Positions 39,062 to 49,400 of a DNA stretch of 64,000 nt are shown here, piece by piece. The translations under genes and the position numbers were made by a program. The stretch's first letter is position 1, and each line of letters begins with the position of its first letter. A model generated the notes under the pieces. The model had not been told where the DNA came from. It made no database searches and was given only the letters and a program-made list of their open reading frames with translations. The stretch is from Opitutaceae bacterium. GTDB taxonomy: Bacteria; Verrucomicrobiota; Verrucomicrobiia; Opitutales; Coraliomargaritaceae. The stretch lies in assembly GCA_051252375.1 (NCBI GenBank), contig JBPOFY010000008.1:1-64000 (forward strand). The letters run 5' to 3'.

Positions 39062-39448
39062 CTAAACCATTGCCTGACCACGTGCGCACAGTTGAATAGA
39101 GAAGCCCCAAGGGTCACGAAGCATTGCGAGTTGATCGCCATTCGCTAAAGCATCTGGTCCAGAGAACAACTCGGCCCCAGCTTGTATAAGCGCAGCGGTC
39201 TTCTCTTCGACCTGCTCGCAGACAAAGGCAAGGTGCAGCAAGAGTGGATGCATCTCCCGATAATTGGGCGTCTCAACCGCAGGATTATTATAAATCTCGA
39301 TCATCACTTGCCCACTCGAGTCTGCGAGAAAACGCACTGGCGCATCCCCATCCAAGGCGCGCTTCACGGTGAAACCAAATTGTGCACAATACCAGTCGGC
39401 GACCTCTGCTGGTGAATCTACTTGAAACGCAAAATGTTCGATTTTCAT
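39062..39448 (-). CDS. VOC/glyoxalase family protein
   Basis: IEHFAF, IEIY, HLAF, RDPWG. Confidence 0.9.
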   Translation of the reverse strand: MKIEHFAFQVDSPAEVADWYCAQFGFTVKRALDGDAPVRFLADSSGQVMIEIYNNPAVETPNYREMHPLLLHLAFVCEQVEEKTAALIQAGAELFSGPDALANGDQLAMLRDPWGFSIQLCARGQAMV

Positions 39449-39648
39449 ACCGCCATCACGCCTCAAAAAAACCTGAGTGACGAGGTCAAAAAATGTGCTA
39501 CTGGAATTGAAGGAAGCAGTGAATTCAGTCTTTCCGTAGTCGCGTATCAAACGCCCCCCTATCGAACCAGCTTGGTCTTGCTAAGCGACTTCGCTACGCT
39601 ATAGACTGCTATTTCACCCCACCCAAATCAATCAGGAGAAATAGCGCT

Positions 39649-41058
39649 ATGAATATCAAAATACGATTTCTAGGTGCGACACGCGGAGTCACTGGCTCGC
39701 AATATGTCGTCGAAGCGAACAACCAACGGGTCATGATTGACTGCGGCTACTATCAAGAGCGCGCGCTTCAAGATCGTAACTGGGAGCCTTTTAAAATTGC
39801 CCCAGATACACTGAATGCCGTGCTGCTCACGCACGCGCATCTCGACCACTGCGGGCTCATCCCGAAGCTCGGAAAGGAAGGGCTGCGCGCAAATATTTTT
39901 TGCACCTCGGCCACGGGCGACATCGCGCAGATCGTGATGAAGGACAGCGCCAAAATACAGGAGGAAGATGCCGCCTATAAAAAGAAGCGGCACGCACGCG
40001 AAGGTCGCAAAGGCAAACACCCTGAAGTGCCGTTGTTCACGATCGACGATGCCGAGCGTGTTTGCGGGCTAATTAGCCACGTGCCTTTCAACGAAACGAC
40101 ACGTGTCGCCGACGGCTTTGAAGCAACCTTCTACGAGAGTGGACACATCCTGGGCGCTGCGAGCATTCTGCTTAAAGTCAGTTCCGGAGGCGAAACACGC
40201 ACGATCCTCTTTTCCGGCGACATCGGACGTAATGATGTGCCAATCCTCCGCGACCCAACCCTATTTACAGGTGGTGCCGACTATGTCGTCATGGAATCGA
40301 CCTACGGCGACCGCGACCATAAAGAAGCCGGCGACATCCACCAGCAACTTGCCGATGTGGTCAACGAAGCCCATCGAAGCGGTGGTAACGTCATCATACC
40401 AAGCTTTGCCGTGGAACGCTCGCAAGAGTTAATGTATTATTTAGGCGAACTACTAGAGACCAAACGGATCCTGCCCACCATGGTTTTCGTGGATAGCCCG
40501 ATGGCTGTGCGAGTGACTGACATCTTCCGCCGCCATCCTGAGCTCTTCGACGAGGACGCCAGGGAGAAGCTCAACCGCGGCAAACACCCCTGCGACTTCC
40601 CTTCACTTAAAATGACCAAGAGCACGGCACAGTCCAAAGCCATCAACACGATACGTGGCACGATTATTGTGATCGCAGGCTCCGGCATGTGCACGGGCGG
40701 GCGCATCAAGCACCACTTGAAAGCCAACATCGGACGCCCAGAGAGCACGATCTTGTTTGTCGGCTATCAAGCGCAAGGCACCTTGGGACGGCACATACTA
40801 GGCGGTGCAGATGAAATCCGCCTCCATGGAGCACAGCATAAAGTCCGCGCACGAATTGCGCAAATTCATGGCTTCTCCGGACACGCGGGCCATTCAGAAC
40901 TTATCGCATGGGTCTCCGCGATTAAAGAGAAACCGCGCCGTATATTTGTCACGCATGGCGAAGAAAAGGTCGCGATCCAATTCGCTCAAGAACTCGAAAC
41001 CACACTAGGCGTGCCAAGTGTCGCACCCGAGTTTGACTCAAGCTACGACTTGGAATAG
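39649..41058 (+). CDS. MBL-fold beta-CASP ribonuclease (YSH1/TTHA0252-like)
   Basis: THAHLDH, GHILG, FSGDIG, MESTYG, GSGM, FSGHA, THGE. Confidence 0.93.
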   Translation: MNIKIRFLGATRGVTGSQYVVEANNQRVMIDCGYYQERALQDRNWEPFKIAPDTLNAVLLTHAHLDHCGLIPKLGKEGLRANIFCTSATGDIAQIVMKDSAKIQEEDAAYKKKRHAREGRKGKHPEVPLFTIDDAERVCGLISHVPFNETTRVADGFEATFYESGHILGAASILLKVSSGGETRTILFSGDIGRNDVPILRDPTLFTGGADYVVMESTYGDRDHKEAGDIHQQLADVVNEAHRSGGNVIIPSFAVERSQELMYYLGELLETKRILPTMVFVDSPMAVRVTDIFRRHPELFDEDAREKLNRGKHPCDFPSLKMTKSTAQSKAINTIRGTIIVIAGSGMCTGGRIKHHLKANIGRPESTILFVGYQAQGTLGRHILGGADEIRLHGAQHKVRARIAQIHGFSGHAGHSELIAWVSAIKEKPRRIFVTHGEEKVAIQFAQELETTLGVPSVAPEFDSSYDLE

Positions 41059-41148
41059 TGGAGCGAACAACGTGATGCGCTGGGGCCACTTCAGTCGAAA
41101 CGTGCCAATTGAATTGAAGTCGATCGCGGAGTAATAAAACGGAGAGAC

Positions 41149-41178
41149 AAAAAAGCGGGACCGTCGAAACGATCCCGC
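41149..41178 (-). terminator. Rho-independent terminator of the DUF2202 gene
   Basis: GCGGGA.CGT/ACGATCCCGC hairpin followed by a T-run on the minus strand, just after the stop. Confidence 0.72.
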
Positions 41179-41195
41179 CGAAATGAGCCGACTCT

Positions 41196-41807
41196 CTAGA
41201 GGATCGAATCGACTACTGATTGTGACAAGTGTTGGGCTTGATAAGACTCGCCTGTGATCACTACTATCTGACCAGAGAACGCCCGCAAGTGACTGTAAGA
41301 AGCGTTCAGTAGGTTCGTATACACACGAACAAGATCTGAGTTCGTGGTTTCTGCGATCGCATCACGGAGGTCCTCGATATCCACTTCTTCGATCAGCGCT
41401 CCTACTTTCAGGGCGTCCAGAAGGGACACCGAACCAGCAACAACGAGTTGGTCATAGAGTGACTGTAACTCTTCGTTTACGAACTCACCTTCGTCCAATA
41501 TTGGATCGGGAAGTCCATATTTGTTAAGCAAGTTCAACACGGCATCCATATGCCTCTGCTCAGAGACTGAAATGTTGGAAAAGATCTGCACGTTCCATTT
41601 ATCAGACATCACGAAATAAACATCACGTGCCAACTTTTCCTCTTCACGCATGAATGTAAGATACACTGCATCCGTTGCATTCAGAGACTGCACTTGTTGT
41701 TGCGCTTTCTTGCCGCCGCTACGGTTTTTACCAGCCTGCGCTGGCACCGCAAAAGCAAATGCTGCAAGAACTGTAAGTGCTAGAATGATTACTCGGTTTC
41801 GTTTCAT
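41196..41807 (-). CDS. Exported DUF2202 ferritin-like protein
   Basis: Signal peptide, MREEEKLARDVY, SEQRH, IEEVDI, SYSHLRAF. Confidence 0.88.
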   Translation of the reverse strand: MKRNRVIILALTVLAAFAFAVPAQAGKNRSGGKKAQQQVQSLNATDAVYLTFMREEEKLARDVYFVMSDKWNVQIFSNISVSEQRHMDAVLNLLNKYGLPDPILDEGEFVNEELQSLYDQLVVAGSVSLLDALKVGALIEEVDIEDLRDAIAETTNSDLVRVYTNLLNASYSHLRAFSGQIVVITGESYQAQHLSQSVVDSIL

Positions 41808-42014
41808 GATATTGGTCTCCTTGGTTTGTGGTTTATCCGCCGAGACATCCGTGCCTCTGACTACGTGAATCATACAACGAACCCTAAATGAACACGACAG
41901 GAGATATCTACGATTAGCTGGACTCAACTACTGCGATCGGCCGTGAAACCGCAGAAACATCAAACAAGTAGCCACTGAAACAAAATGTATACTAGCACGA
42001 TTATACACATTGGA

Positions 42015-43052
42015 ATGGTTGCACAAAATAAGTTAAAAGAAGATGTGCTGGCAGCGTTCAGCGGTGATAAACAATTTTGCATGCTAACCAGCATGGCCCA
42101 GCAGCACGGGCACACCTCATTGAATATATTACTCCCGATCGATGAACGCGTGGAAGTATTGCAGCCCGGCTGCACGATCGAACCCTCGGAGCAATTTTGC
42201 CAACTTATCTGCGAGTCCAAAGAGGGTCAGAAACGTTGCTCAACTTGCCGTTATCTAATCGCCTGCGCCTGCCACGACAAGCAAAGCCGCTATTGCTGCC
42301 ATGGCGGCATCTCTGTTTTTGCATCTGCCGTTCGCCATCATATTCCCTCAGAGAAACAAGACCGCTTCCTTATCGTCACTTCAGGCCCCTTCCGTCGTGA
42401 CAATGATCAGGACCAATGGAAAGGCGTCTTAAAGCACGTCAAAGAACTCCCCGTGGAAAAATCCAACTTACGCTCAAGCTATGAGCGCTTACCAGTGATC
42501 GACACAGAAACGCAGGCACTGCTCAGCGAGATCGTCGAACTGGCTGCTGCGCGCATGGAGGATCTCCTTCGTCAAGCGCAGCTGAAGCATCAGAATGGTC
42601 GTTCAGCTAAATTACCTGAAAAATTAGAAGACTACATGTTTGCCCTCTCCCTATCCAATGAAGGTGAGATGCAGGAGGCGGAGAACCCCGCAATCATCCG
42701 ACTCGTCACTGGCATGATAAAGCGCAATCCGGGCTTACTCTTTAGTGTGGATAAGATCGCCCATGCCGCCCGACTGACACCAAACTATTTCTCGGCCCTT
42801 TTCCACAAACACACGGGACAAACTTTCAGCCAATTTCTAACCGAACAAAGGCTACTACGAGCACAGCACCTACTCGGAGACATCAACCTAAACATCAGTG
42901 AAATCGCATCTCAATGTGGATTCACCGACCCGAACTATTTCAGCCGAACATTTAAACAAAAGTTCGGAGCCACACCATCAGTATGGCGGAAAGCGCAAAA
43001 GGGTGAAAACGCAACGGTTCGGCAGTTCGATAAGCTCACTGCTTCTAAGTAA
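42015..43052 (+). CDS. AraC family regulator with PocR-like sensory domain
   Basis: FCQLI...RC...CHGG PocR-like pattern; YFSALF...ISEIASQCGFTDPNYFSRTFK AraC HTH. Confidence 0.87.
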   Translation: MVAQNKLKEDVLAAFSGDKQFCMLTSMAQQHGHTSLNILLPIDERVEVLQPGCTIEPSEQFCQLICESKEGQKRCSTCRYLIACACHDKQSRYCCHGGISVFASAVRHHIPSEKQDRFLIVTSGPFRRDNDQDQWKGVLKHVKELPVEKSNLRSSYERLPVIDTETQALLSEIVELAAARMEDLLRQAQLKHQNGRSAKLPEKLEDYMFALSLSNEGEMQEAENPAIIRLVTGMIKRNPGLLFSVDKIAHAARLTPNYFSALFHKHTGQTFSQFLTEQRLLRAQHLLGDINLNISEIASQCGFTDPNYFSRTFKQKFGATPSVWRKAQKGENATVRQFDKLTASK

Positions 43053-43118
43053 GAGCGGGCACAACGTGATGCGCTGCGGGACGCAGCTGCGCTACCCTAA
43101 ACGGATTTCAAGTCGAAG

Positions 43119-44411
43119 CTACACCGGCAGCTCATAACCTTTGCGTCGAGGACGGTCTTGCATTGAAGCGGCTTCGTCGTCGCCGACGATTTGCTGAGCT
43201 TTCAGATCCCACTCAATGCGTCGCCCCACTCGCTCGGCGATGGCTGCCAACTGGCAAACCGAACCAGAGCGATGCCCCACTGACGGCGGGCAGATCGTCT
43301 CTTTGCGCGATTGCACACATTCGATGAAATTCGCGCGGTGCTCCTTGGACTCATAGACTTGGATATCTGCATCCGTAAAGCGATGGCGCACGAGCTCCTT
43401 CGGAGTCGTCTCGATTTTGCCACGACCGACACGGACTTCACCCTCCGTCCCGATAAAGTGAATTTGGAACTGATCCCTCGGCAACTTATCCCGCCAAACG
43501 ATCACCCCGTCATCGTATTTGAAATGGTGGTGCGACGCGCCTTCGAAGCCTTTCGGGATAAACTCAACCGGACCGCTGTCGTCTCGTCCAAGCGCCCATT
43601 GCGTGATGTCGTAATCATGCGCACCGATATCGCCATGCTTGCGGCTGCCATATTCCCAATAGCAGCGCCAACCGCCCTTGAAAGATCCTTTGGCACGATG
43701 ATCTGAGTATTCATGGAAAGGCGTCGGCCCTAGCCAGCGATCATAGTCGAAGCCCTCCGGAACCGGCACAATCTTCTCCTGCTCTGGCGGCCATGGGAAA
43801 CCTCCTAGGCGGCAGTAAACTTCTTTCACGTCACCGATCATACCGTTACGCACAAGATTCACCGCGATCCGAAAATAAACACTCGAGCGCTGCTGCGAGC
43901 CAACTTGTAACACACGTCCGTATTTTTTCTGTGCCTCAATGACGGCCTTGCCTTCTTCGATGGTTAAAGTCATCGGCTTCTCCACGTAAACGTCCTTGCC
44001 CGCTTTCATCGCCTCAATGGCGAGCGCGGCGTGCCAGTGATCCGGCGTGGCGATACAGACCACGTCCACATCTGGATTTGCTAAAATCTCTTCAGCGTAT
44101 CCACTGGTTTGGAGGTCTTTGTAGCCTTTTTGACCGAGAATTTTCAACGCACCCTTGATCGCTTTTTCCCTCACATCGCAGACCGCAATCGGCTGGATCT
44201 CCTTCAAACTGGGGAACGAGGCGAGGTGCCCCTTCGCAATCAGACCGGTGCCAATGAAGCCCAGCCCGATCCGAGAGTTGGCGCCGTTCTTGTCGGCGTT
44301 GCCCAGGGTTTGAGCCCGGACGATCTGAGGCGCCACCAAGAGCGCTCCGACAGCTGCAGCTGAGTTTTTGACGAATGTTCTACGCGAGGTATGGGGCGAG
44401 TGAGGTTGCAT
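43119..44411 (-). CDS. Tat-exported Gfo/Idh/MocA oxidoreductase
   Basis: SRRTFVK twin-Arg signal, IGTG, ATPDHWH, YVEKP, QVGSQQRS. Confidence 0.93.
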   Translation of the reverse strand: MQPHSPHTSRRTFVKNSAAAVGALLVAPQIVRAQTLGNADKNGANSRIGLGFIGTGLIAKGHLASFPSLKEIQPIAVCDVREKAIKGALKILGQKGYKDLQTSGYAEEILANPDVDVVCIATPDHWHAALAIEAMKAGKDVYVEKPMTLTIEEGKAVIEAQKKYGRVLQVGSQQRSSVYFRIAVNLVRNGMIGDVKEVYCRLGGFPWPPEQEKIVPVPEGFDYDRWLGPTPFHEYSDHRAKGSFKGGWRCYWEYGSRKHGDIGAHDYDITQWALGRDDSGPVEFIPKGFEGASHHHFKYDDGVIVWRDKLPRDQFQIHFIGTEGEVRVGRGKIETTPKELVRHRFTDADIQVYESKEHRANFIECVQSRKETICPPSVGHRSGSVCQLAAIAERVGRRIEWDLKAQQIVGDDEAASMQDRPRRKGYELPV

Positions 44412-44610
44412 ACTAACTTCCTATAAATCACCCCCGAGAAAGACAAGTCATTCTACTGAAGAAACGGATAAACGTAGGAAAGATAATTCGGCCCATAACC
44501 TTGAAGCAGCCACGTCCCTACGACAGGCATCACAGTTTAACTTTACGAGGCTCGCATGAGAGTATTTGGTAGAGACACCTGCCCTCTCCTCAACCCCACA
44601 ACACCCTACC

Positions 44611-44976
44611 ATGATGATCACAGGCTCAATACAATCTGATTTCACACCCAGTGAAGTATCCGACCGCCTCAAAGTAGCCATGGCTGCTGGCAATTTCGAG
44701 ATCCTCAGTCAATCGAACGAAAGGATTGATTTTCGACATGGGACATATCTGACACAGAGCGCAACGCTACTACCTAAGCATGGTTCGATACTAATCACAC
44801 AAAATGGATCAGGCTCTCGTGTTGATTACGAGATCGAGATCTCCGGGTTTGCCAAGTATTGGTTGGCGTTTTTCGGCATTATCCTTTGCTGGCTGATCAT
44901 TCCAGCAATTCTTGTCCATCGAGCGTTATTCCATCATCCTGATCGTTTAATGAAGAACCTACTCCAAGCCATCTAA
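44611..44976 (+). CDS. Hypothetical membrane protein
   Basis: ORF with C-terminal hydrophobic hairpin; start uncertain. Confidence 0.55.
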   Translation: MMITGSIQSDFTPSEVSDRLKVAMAAGNFEILSQSNERIDFRHGTYLTQSATLLPKHGSILITQNGSGSRVDYEIEISGFAKYWLAFFGIILCWLIIPAILVHRALFHHPDRLMKNLLQAI

Positions 44977-45023
44977 CTGGACGCCGAGCAAGACATAGCG
45001 CCACAACTACTCACCCCAATATT

Positions 45024-45305
45024 ATGAATAAGAATACCTACCTCGTTCCACTCTTCATCGCTCTACTCTCCTCGGCATTTGCTGATCAGCCCATTAAAAC
45101 CAGCAGTATTATCGAGCAAAAAACTGTAAATTGTAGCTGTGACCAGCACCCTACTTTCGAATATAAGGTAGCTACTACAGGAGCGCATTCCATACAGAGA
45201 ATACTCGATGAGCACGGAGAGGAAGGCTGGGAACTGGTCAGTGTCATCCACCGTGAGAGTTCGAATACATTTCTCTACTTCCTGAAGAGACCATCTGCAT
45301 CTTAG
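45024..45305 (+). CDS. Small exported DUF4177-like protein
   Basis: Signal peptide; FEYKV...LDEHGEEGWELVSV...FLKRP. Confidence 0.75.
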   Translation: MNKNTYLVPLFIALLSSAFADQPIKTSSIIEQKTVNCSCDQHPTFEYKVATTGAHSIQRILDEHGEEGWELVSVIHRESSNTFLYFLKRPSAS

Positions 45306-45395
45306 TGCTCTAAAAAATAAGTGTCGAACGAACAATAAGGGGCATTCCGCCTCTCCCGAGTTCTCATCAAATTACAGATGATATGTCAGCATTCA

Positions 45396-46427
45396 CTAGA
45401 ATGACAAACTGAGACTGCCACCTAGCCCAATATCGGTATTCTCATAATTTGAGATACCGAGCCCAGTTGAATTTCGCCGCTGATGATTACCGAAGACTCG
45501 GATCGCCATGGTTTCATTGAAATAGTAACTCGCAGTCACACCGATACTAACCACCGTGTCCTCGCGGTCGCCGGTGGCAGTGTTATCGTAAACTGAATAG
45601 CTGACTCGTGCTGACGGCTCGATGTAGAGCTTCTCAGAGACCCGATAGAGATACGAGGCCCCTAAGCTGTTCACAAAACGATCATTCAAGTCGTCTCGAG
45701 CGAACGTGAAGGCAGTGCTCTCGGTTAAATAGAGTGCACCTTCGTAGCTCACGGTAAGGATGCTGTTCTGGCTGATCGGTATACCTCGCTTCACTCCCCA
45801 ATTCGGAACGATCTCGTTGTAAAAGCCACTGCCATTGAGGTCATTCTCAAACTCAGTCCAGCGAAGACCGAGTCGCAACTGCCAAAGTTCATAATTCCAG
45901 TAGAGATCCGAAAAAACGCTAAGGGCATTAAAATCATTGTTCTCCACGGGGATACCCCCGATCACCTCGTCGCGATCCGAAAGACCGTATCGAAAGACCT
46001 GATATCTGACGCCGGTGTAGTTACTCCACTCGCCCGAAAGGAATTTCTTCTTAGGAGTCGTCACGCCAAACTGTGCAGTCAACACGAACAGGTCGGTCGA
46101 GGAATCTCCGCTGCCCTCTTGGAGCGTCGGGTTGGACGTCTTCAGATATTGAAAATCGATAAGTGCGTGGAACCAGTCATGAGGCGGGACCGATGGAATG
46201 AGCAGATATTGCGGCCCGAGGTCGAATAGTTCGTCCTCAGAGAAGATCGGAGCCACTGCTTCCTCCTGGTCCCCCAACCAAAAGGCGGAATCACTACCGA
46301 AGCTGGTGTCACTCGTGCTGTCCACCGAGGTTTGCGCCGCAAGTGGCAGAGCAGCACACAGGGTGAAAGCGGACCATAAAGACTGAAAACGAACAGAGGA
46401 AAATGCCATAAACTGGCATATCAACAC
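45396..46427 (-). CDS. Outer-membrane beta-barrel protein
   Basis: Signal peptide, amphipathic strands, terminal LSLSF; putative start overlaps the upstream stop. Confidence 0.8.
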   Translation of the reverse strand: MLICQFMAFSSVRFQSLWSAFTLCAALPLAAQTSVDSTSDTSFGSDSAFWLGDQEEAVAPIFSEDELFDLGPQYLLIPSVPPHDWFHALIDFQYLKTSNPTLQEGSGDSSTDLFVLTAQFGVTTPKKKFLSGEWSNYTGVRYQVFRYGLSDRDEVIGGIPVENNDFNALSVFSDLYWNYELWQLRLGLRWTEFENDLNGSGFYNEIVPNWGVKRGIPISQNSILTVSYEGALYLTESTAFTFARDDLNDRFVNSLGASYLYRVSEKLYIEPSARVSYSVYDNTATGDREDTVVSIGVTASYYFNETMAIRVFGNHQRRNSTGLGISNYENTDIGLGGSLSLSF

Positions 46428-49400
46428 TAAGGTGCGGTGCTGTAAAGATTGATTACTGAGGCCTCAATGCCCGTGCCACCCTGGGCAACAGATATGAAAT
46501 TCTGAGCGGGATCACTACCAACTGTCACATTGCTGATGAAGTTGACATAGTCGGGGAGCACTGAGGCTCCGGTGTTTGGATTATCTGCCAGCAAGCCGTT
46601 GGCGGAGCCCAACTGGATATTACTCGAGTCGTTGAACTTAACATCTGAGAGGATTAGGGTGCGGGCTCCGAGATTGATCGAAGCGATGCTACTGAGGTCT
46701 GAGGAACTCAAACTGAGTTCGTTGACCGCCTGCATGCTGAGGTCATCGGTATCAAGCTTCGTCGTCAGCGTGGCGATATCGTTAGCGGAGAATTCGATGA
46801 AATCTGCCTTCACATCAGATGCATTCACTGTAATCAGATTTCCCGCCTGCAAAGTAGCACGATTGCCAGCGGTCAGATCACTGTCAGCAATCGTTAGATT
46901 CAGGCCACTCACATTGAGGTCGGTAACAGCCGTTACCGACGATGCATTTGCGACAGAGATGGTTCCTGTCTGGTTAGTTGTAATGTTGTCTCCATCGAGT
47001 TTACTATCGTTAACCGTGAGACTTTGACCGCTCAAATTTAGGTCGTTTTCTGCCTTCACGCCATAACCGTTTGCGCTTACGATAGAGATGGATTCCACCT
47101 GAATATCGACATTGTTGTCTGTGGTCAGGTCACTGTCATCAACCGTGAGGCTTTGGCCGCTGATATTCAGGTCGTTTCCTGCCGTCAACTTCGACCCGTT
47201 TTCGATAGAGGTGGTTTCTACCTGGATATCGATATTGTTGTCTGCGGTCAGCTCACTGTCATTGATCGCAAGGCTTTGACCACTCAGATTCAAGTCGTTG
47301 TTCACCGTCACCTTCGATGAATTAACGATAGACATGGTTTCTGCATCAAAACTAGCGTTATTGGCCGCGCGAAGATCGCTCTTGTTGACCATTAGATTTT
47401 GACTACTCAATTCAAGTTCGTTGACAGGACCGCCTGCAATCGTGACATCATTGGAATCCACCGGAAGAAGGGGATTCCCCATATCCCCCGCAGTGAGCTT
47501 GGATTCGTTGAGATTGATATCACCCAACTCGGTAAAGATGCGAATGCCGCCGGATTTGTTCTCGAAATCTGCGTTGAAAAGTTCGATATCGCCGAAATAG
47601 CTGCCCAGAGAAAGGTTAACTGAGTTATCGTCGTCGATGAAGACTGTTGTATCGGTTGCAAAGGTAATGGCTTCGATTCCTGAGAACTCAATCTTGGAGG
47701 GCATCGTGAATCCGGTTAGTTCAAAATCGTCTTCAAAAGACATATTTTGCGATGCCTGCAGATAATAAGCCATGCGTCCATCTGTTCCGGCCGCAATACC
47801 GATAGGTGATACATTGAGGCTACCATCTATAAAATTGATATTTCCCGCCAGAACGCCCACGATCACACCATCTGAGCCCAGACCAATCGGGGTGTTGTCC
47901 GTGACCTGTATGCCCGGCGCATCCACAAAATTCAACGCGGGGAAGCCATCCGTCTGAGGTGAGACCGTAGTCTCGAGAATTCGATACAACGCTAAGAGCT
48001 CCTGAAGTTCATTGTTTCCGCTTCCGGTGGTGGCAACAAGGTCTATTCCCGTCACGAGTCCCAATCCGCCCTGCGCTAAAGAAACGTAATTCTGAGCGGG
48101 ATTACCATCAACTGTCACATTCGAGATAAAGTTAACAAAGTCGGGGAGCGCTGCGGCTCCGGTATTTGGAGACGCTGCCAACAAACCGTTGGCGGAGCCC
48201 AATTGGATGGTGCTCGATGAGTTGAAACTAACATCCGAGAGGATCAGGGTGCGGGCACCAAGATTGATCGAAGCGATGGCACTGAGGTCTGAGAAGCTCA
48301 GACTGAGCTCGTTGACCGCCATTACACTGAGGTCGTCGGTGAAATAATTCGTCTGCGTAGAAGTGATATCGTTCGCGGAGAACTCGACGGTATTTGCCGT
48401 CACATCAGATGCATTAACAACAATCAGATTCTCAGCATGGAGATCTGCATTATTAGCCGCGTTGAGGTCACTGCTATCGATTGTCAGATTTTGACCAAAC
48501 AAATCCATATCGTTAGTTGCCGTCACTATCGACCCATTTTGTATCGAGATGTTTTGCGTCTGAATGCCTGTTATATTGGCAGCGTCGAGTGTGCTGCCAT
48601 CGATCGTTAGATTTTGGCCACTCAAACTCAGGTCAGTATTTACCGTCACATTCGATGAATTGACGATGGAGATGGTTTCTGCCTGCAGATCTGCTTCATT
48701 GCCTGCGCTGAGTTCGCTGCCGTCGACTGTCAGGCTTTGGCCACGCAAATTCAGATCGCCAGCGGCCAATACCCTCGCTCCATTTTCGATAGAGATGGCA
48801 TCTGCTTGGATAGCTGTAAGATTGTCAGCGCTGAGGTCACTGCCGTCGACCGTCAGACTTTGGCCCGTGAGATTCAGACCGTTGACGGCTGTCACGTCCG
48901 AACCATTAGCAACCGAGATCGCTCCGGTTTGAACACCTGTGATGTTGTCTGCGCTGAGGCTACTGCCGTCGATCGTCAGACCTTGGCTGTTCAGATTCAG
49001 TTCGTTTGCTGCGGTTAAGGTGGATGCACCTGTGACGGAAATGTCATCCGTTTGCGTCGCTGTAATATTAGCGCCACCGAGGTCACTGCCATCAACTGTG
49101 AGGCTTTGACCCGTGAGATCCAGGTCGTTGGTGGCTGTCACGTTCGATCCATTGGCAACCGAGATCGCTCCTGTCTGAATGCCTGTAATGTTATTTGCGC
49201 TGAGTTGACTAGCGTCGACCGTCAGATCCCGGCTGTTCAAACTCAGGTCGATAGCTGCTGTTAACGTTGATACACCTGTGATGGAAATGTCCTCCGTTTG
49301 CGTCACCGTAATGCTGTCTGCACCGAGGTCACTGCCACCGACACTGAGGCTTTGGCCACTGAGATTCAAGTTGTTGACGGCTGTCACGTTCGAACCATTG

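Noticed and set aside
74..41058. Dedicated RNA-metabolism cluster (rsgA, helicase, RRM, RNase H, rsmH, beta-CASP)
   Set aside because: The genes are scattered over 41 kb on both strands with unrelated genes between; no evidence of co-regulation.
44480..45340. Integron cassettes around two small ORFs
   Set aside because: No convincing paired RYYYAAC/GTTRRRY attC structure and no integrase.
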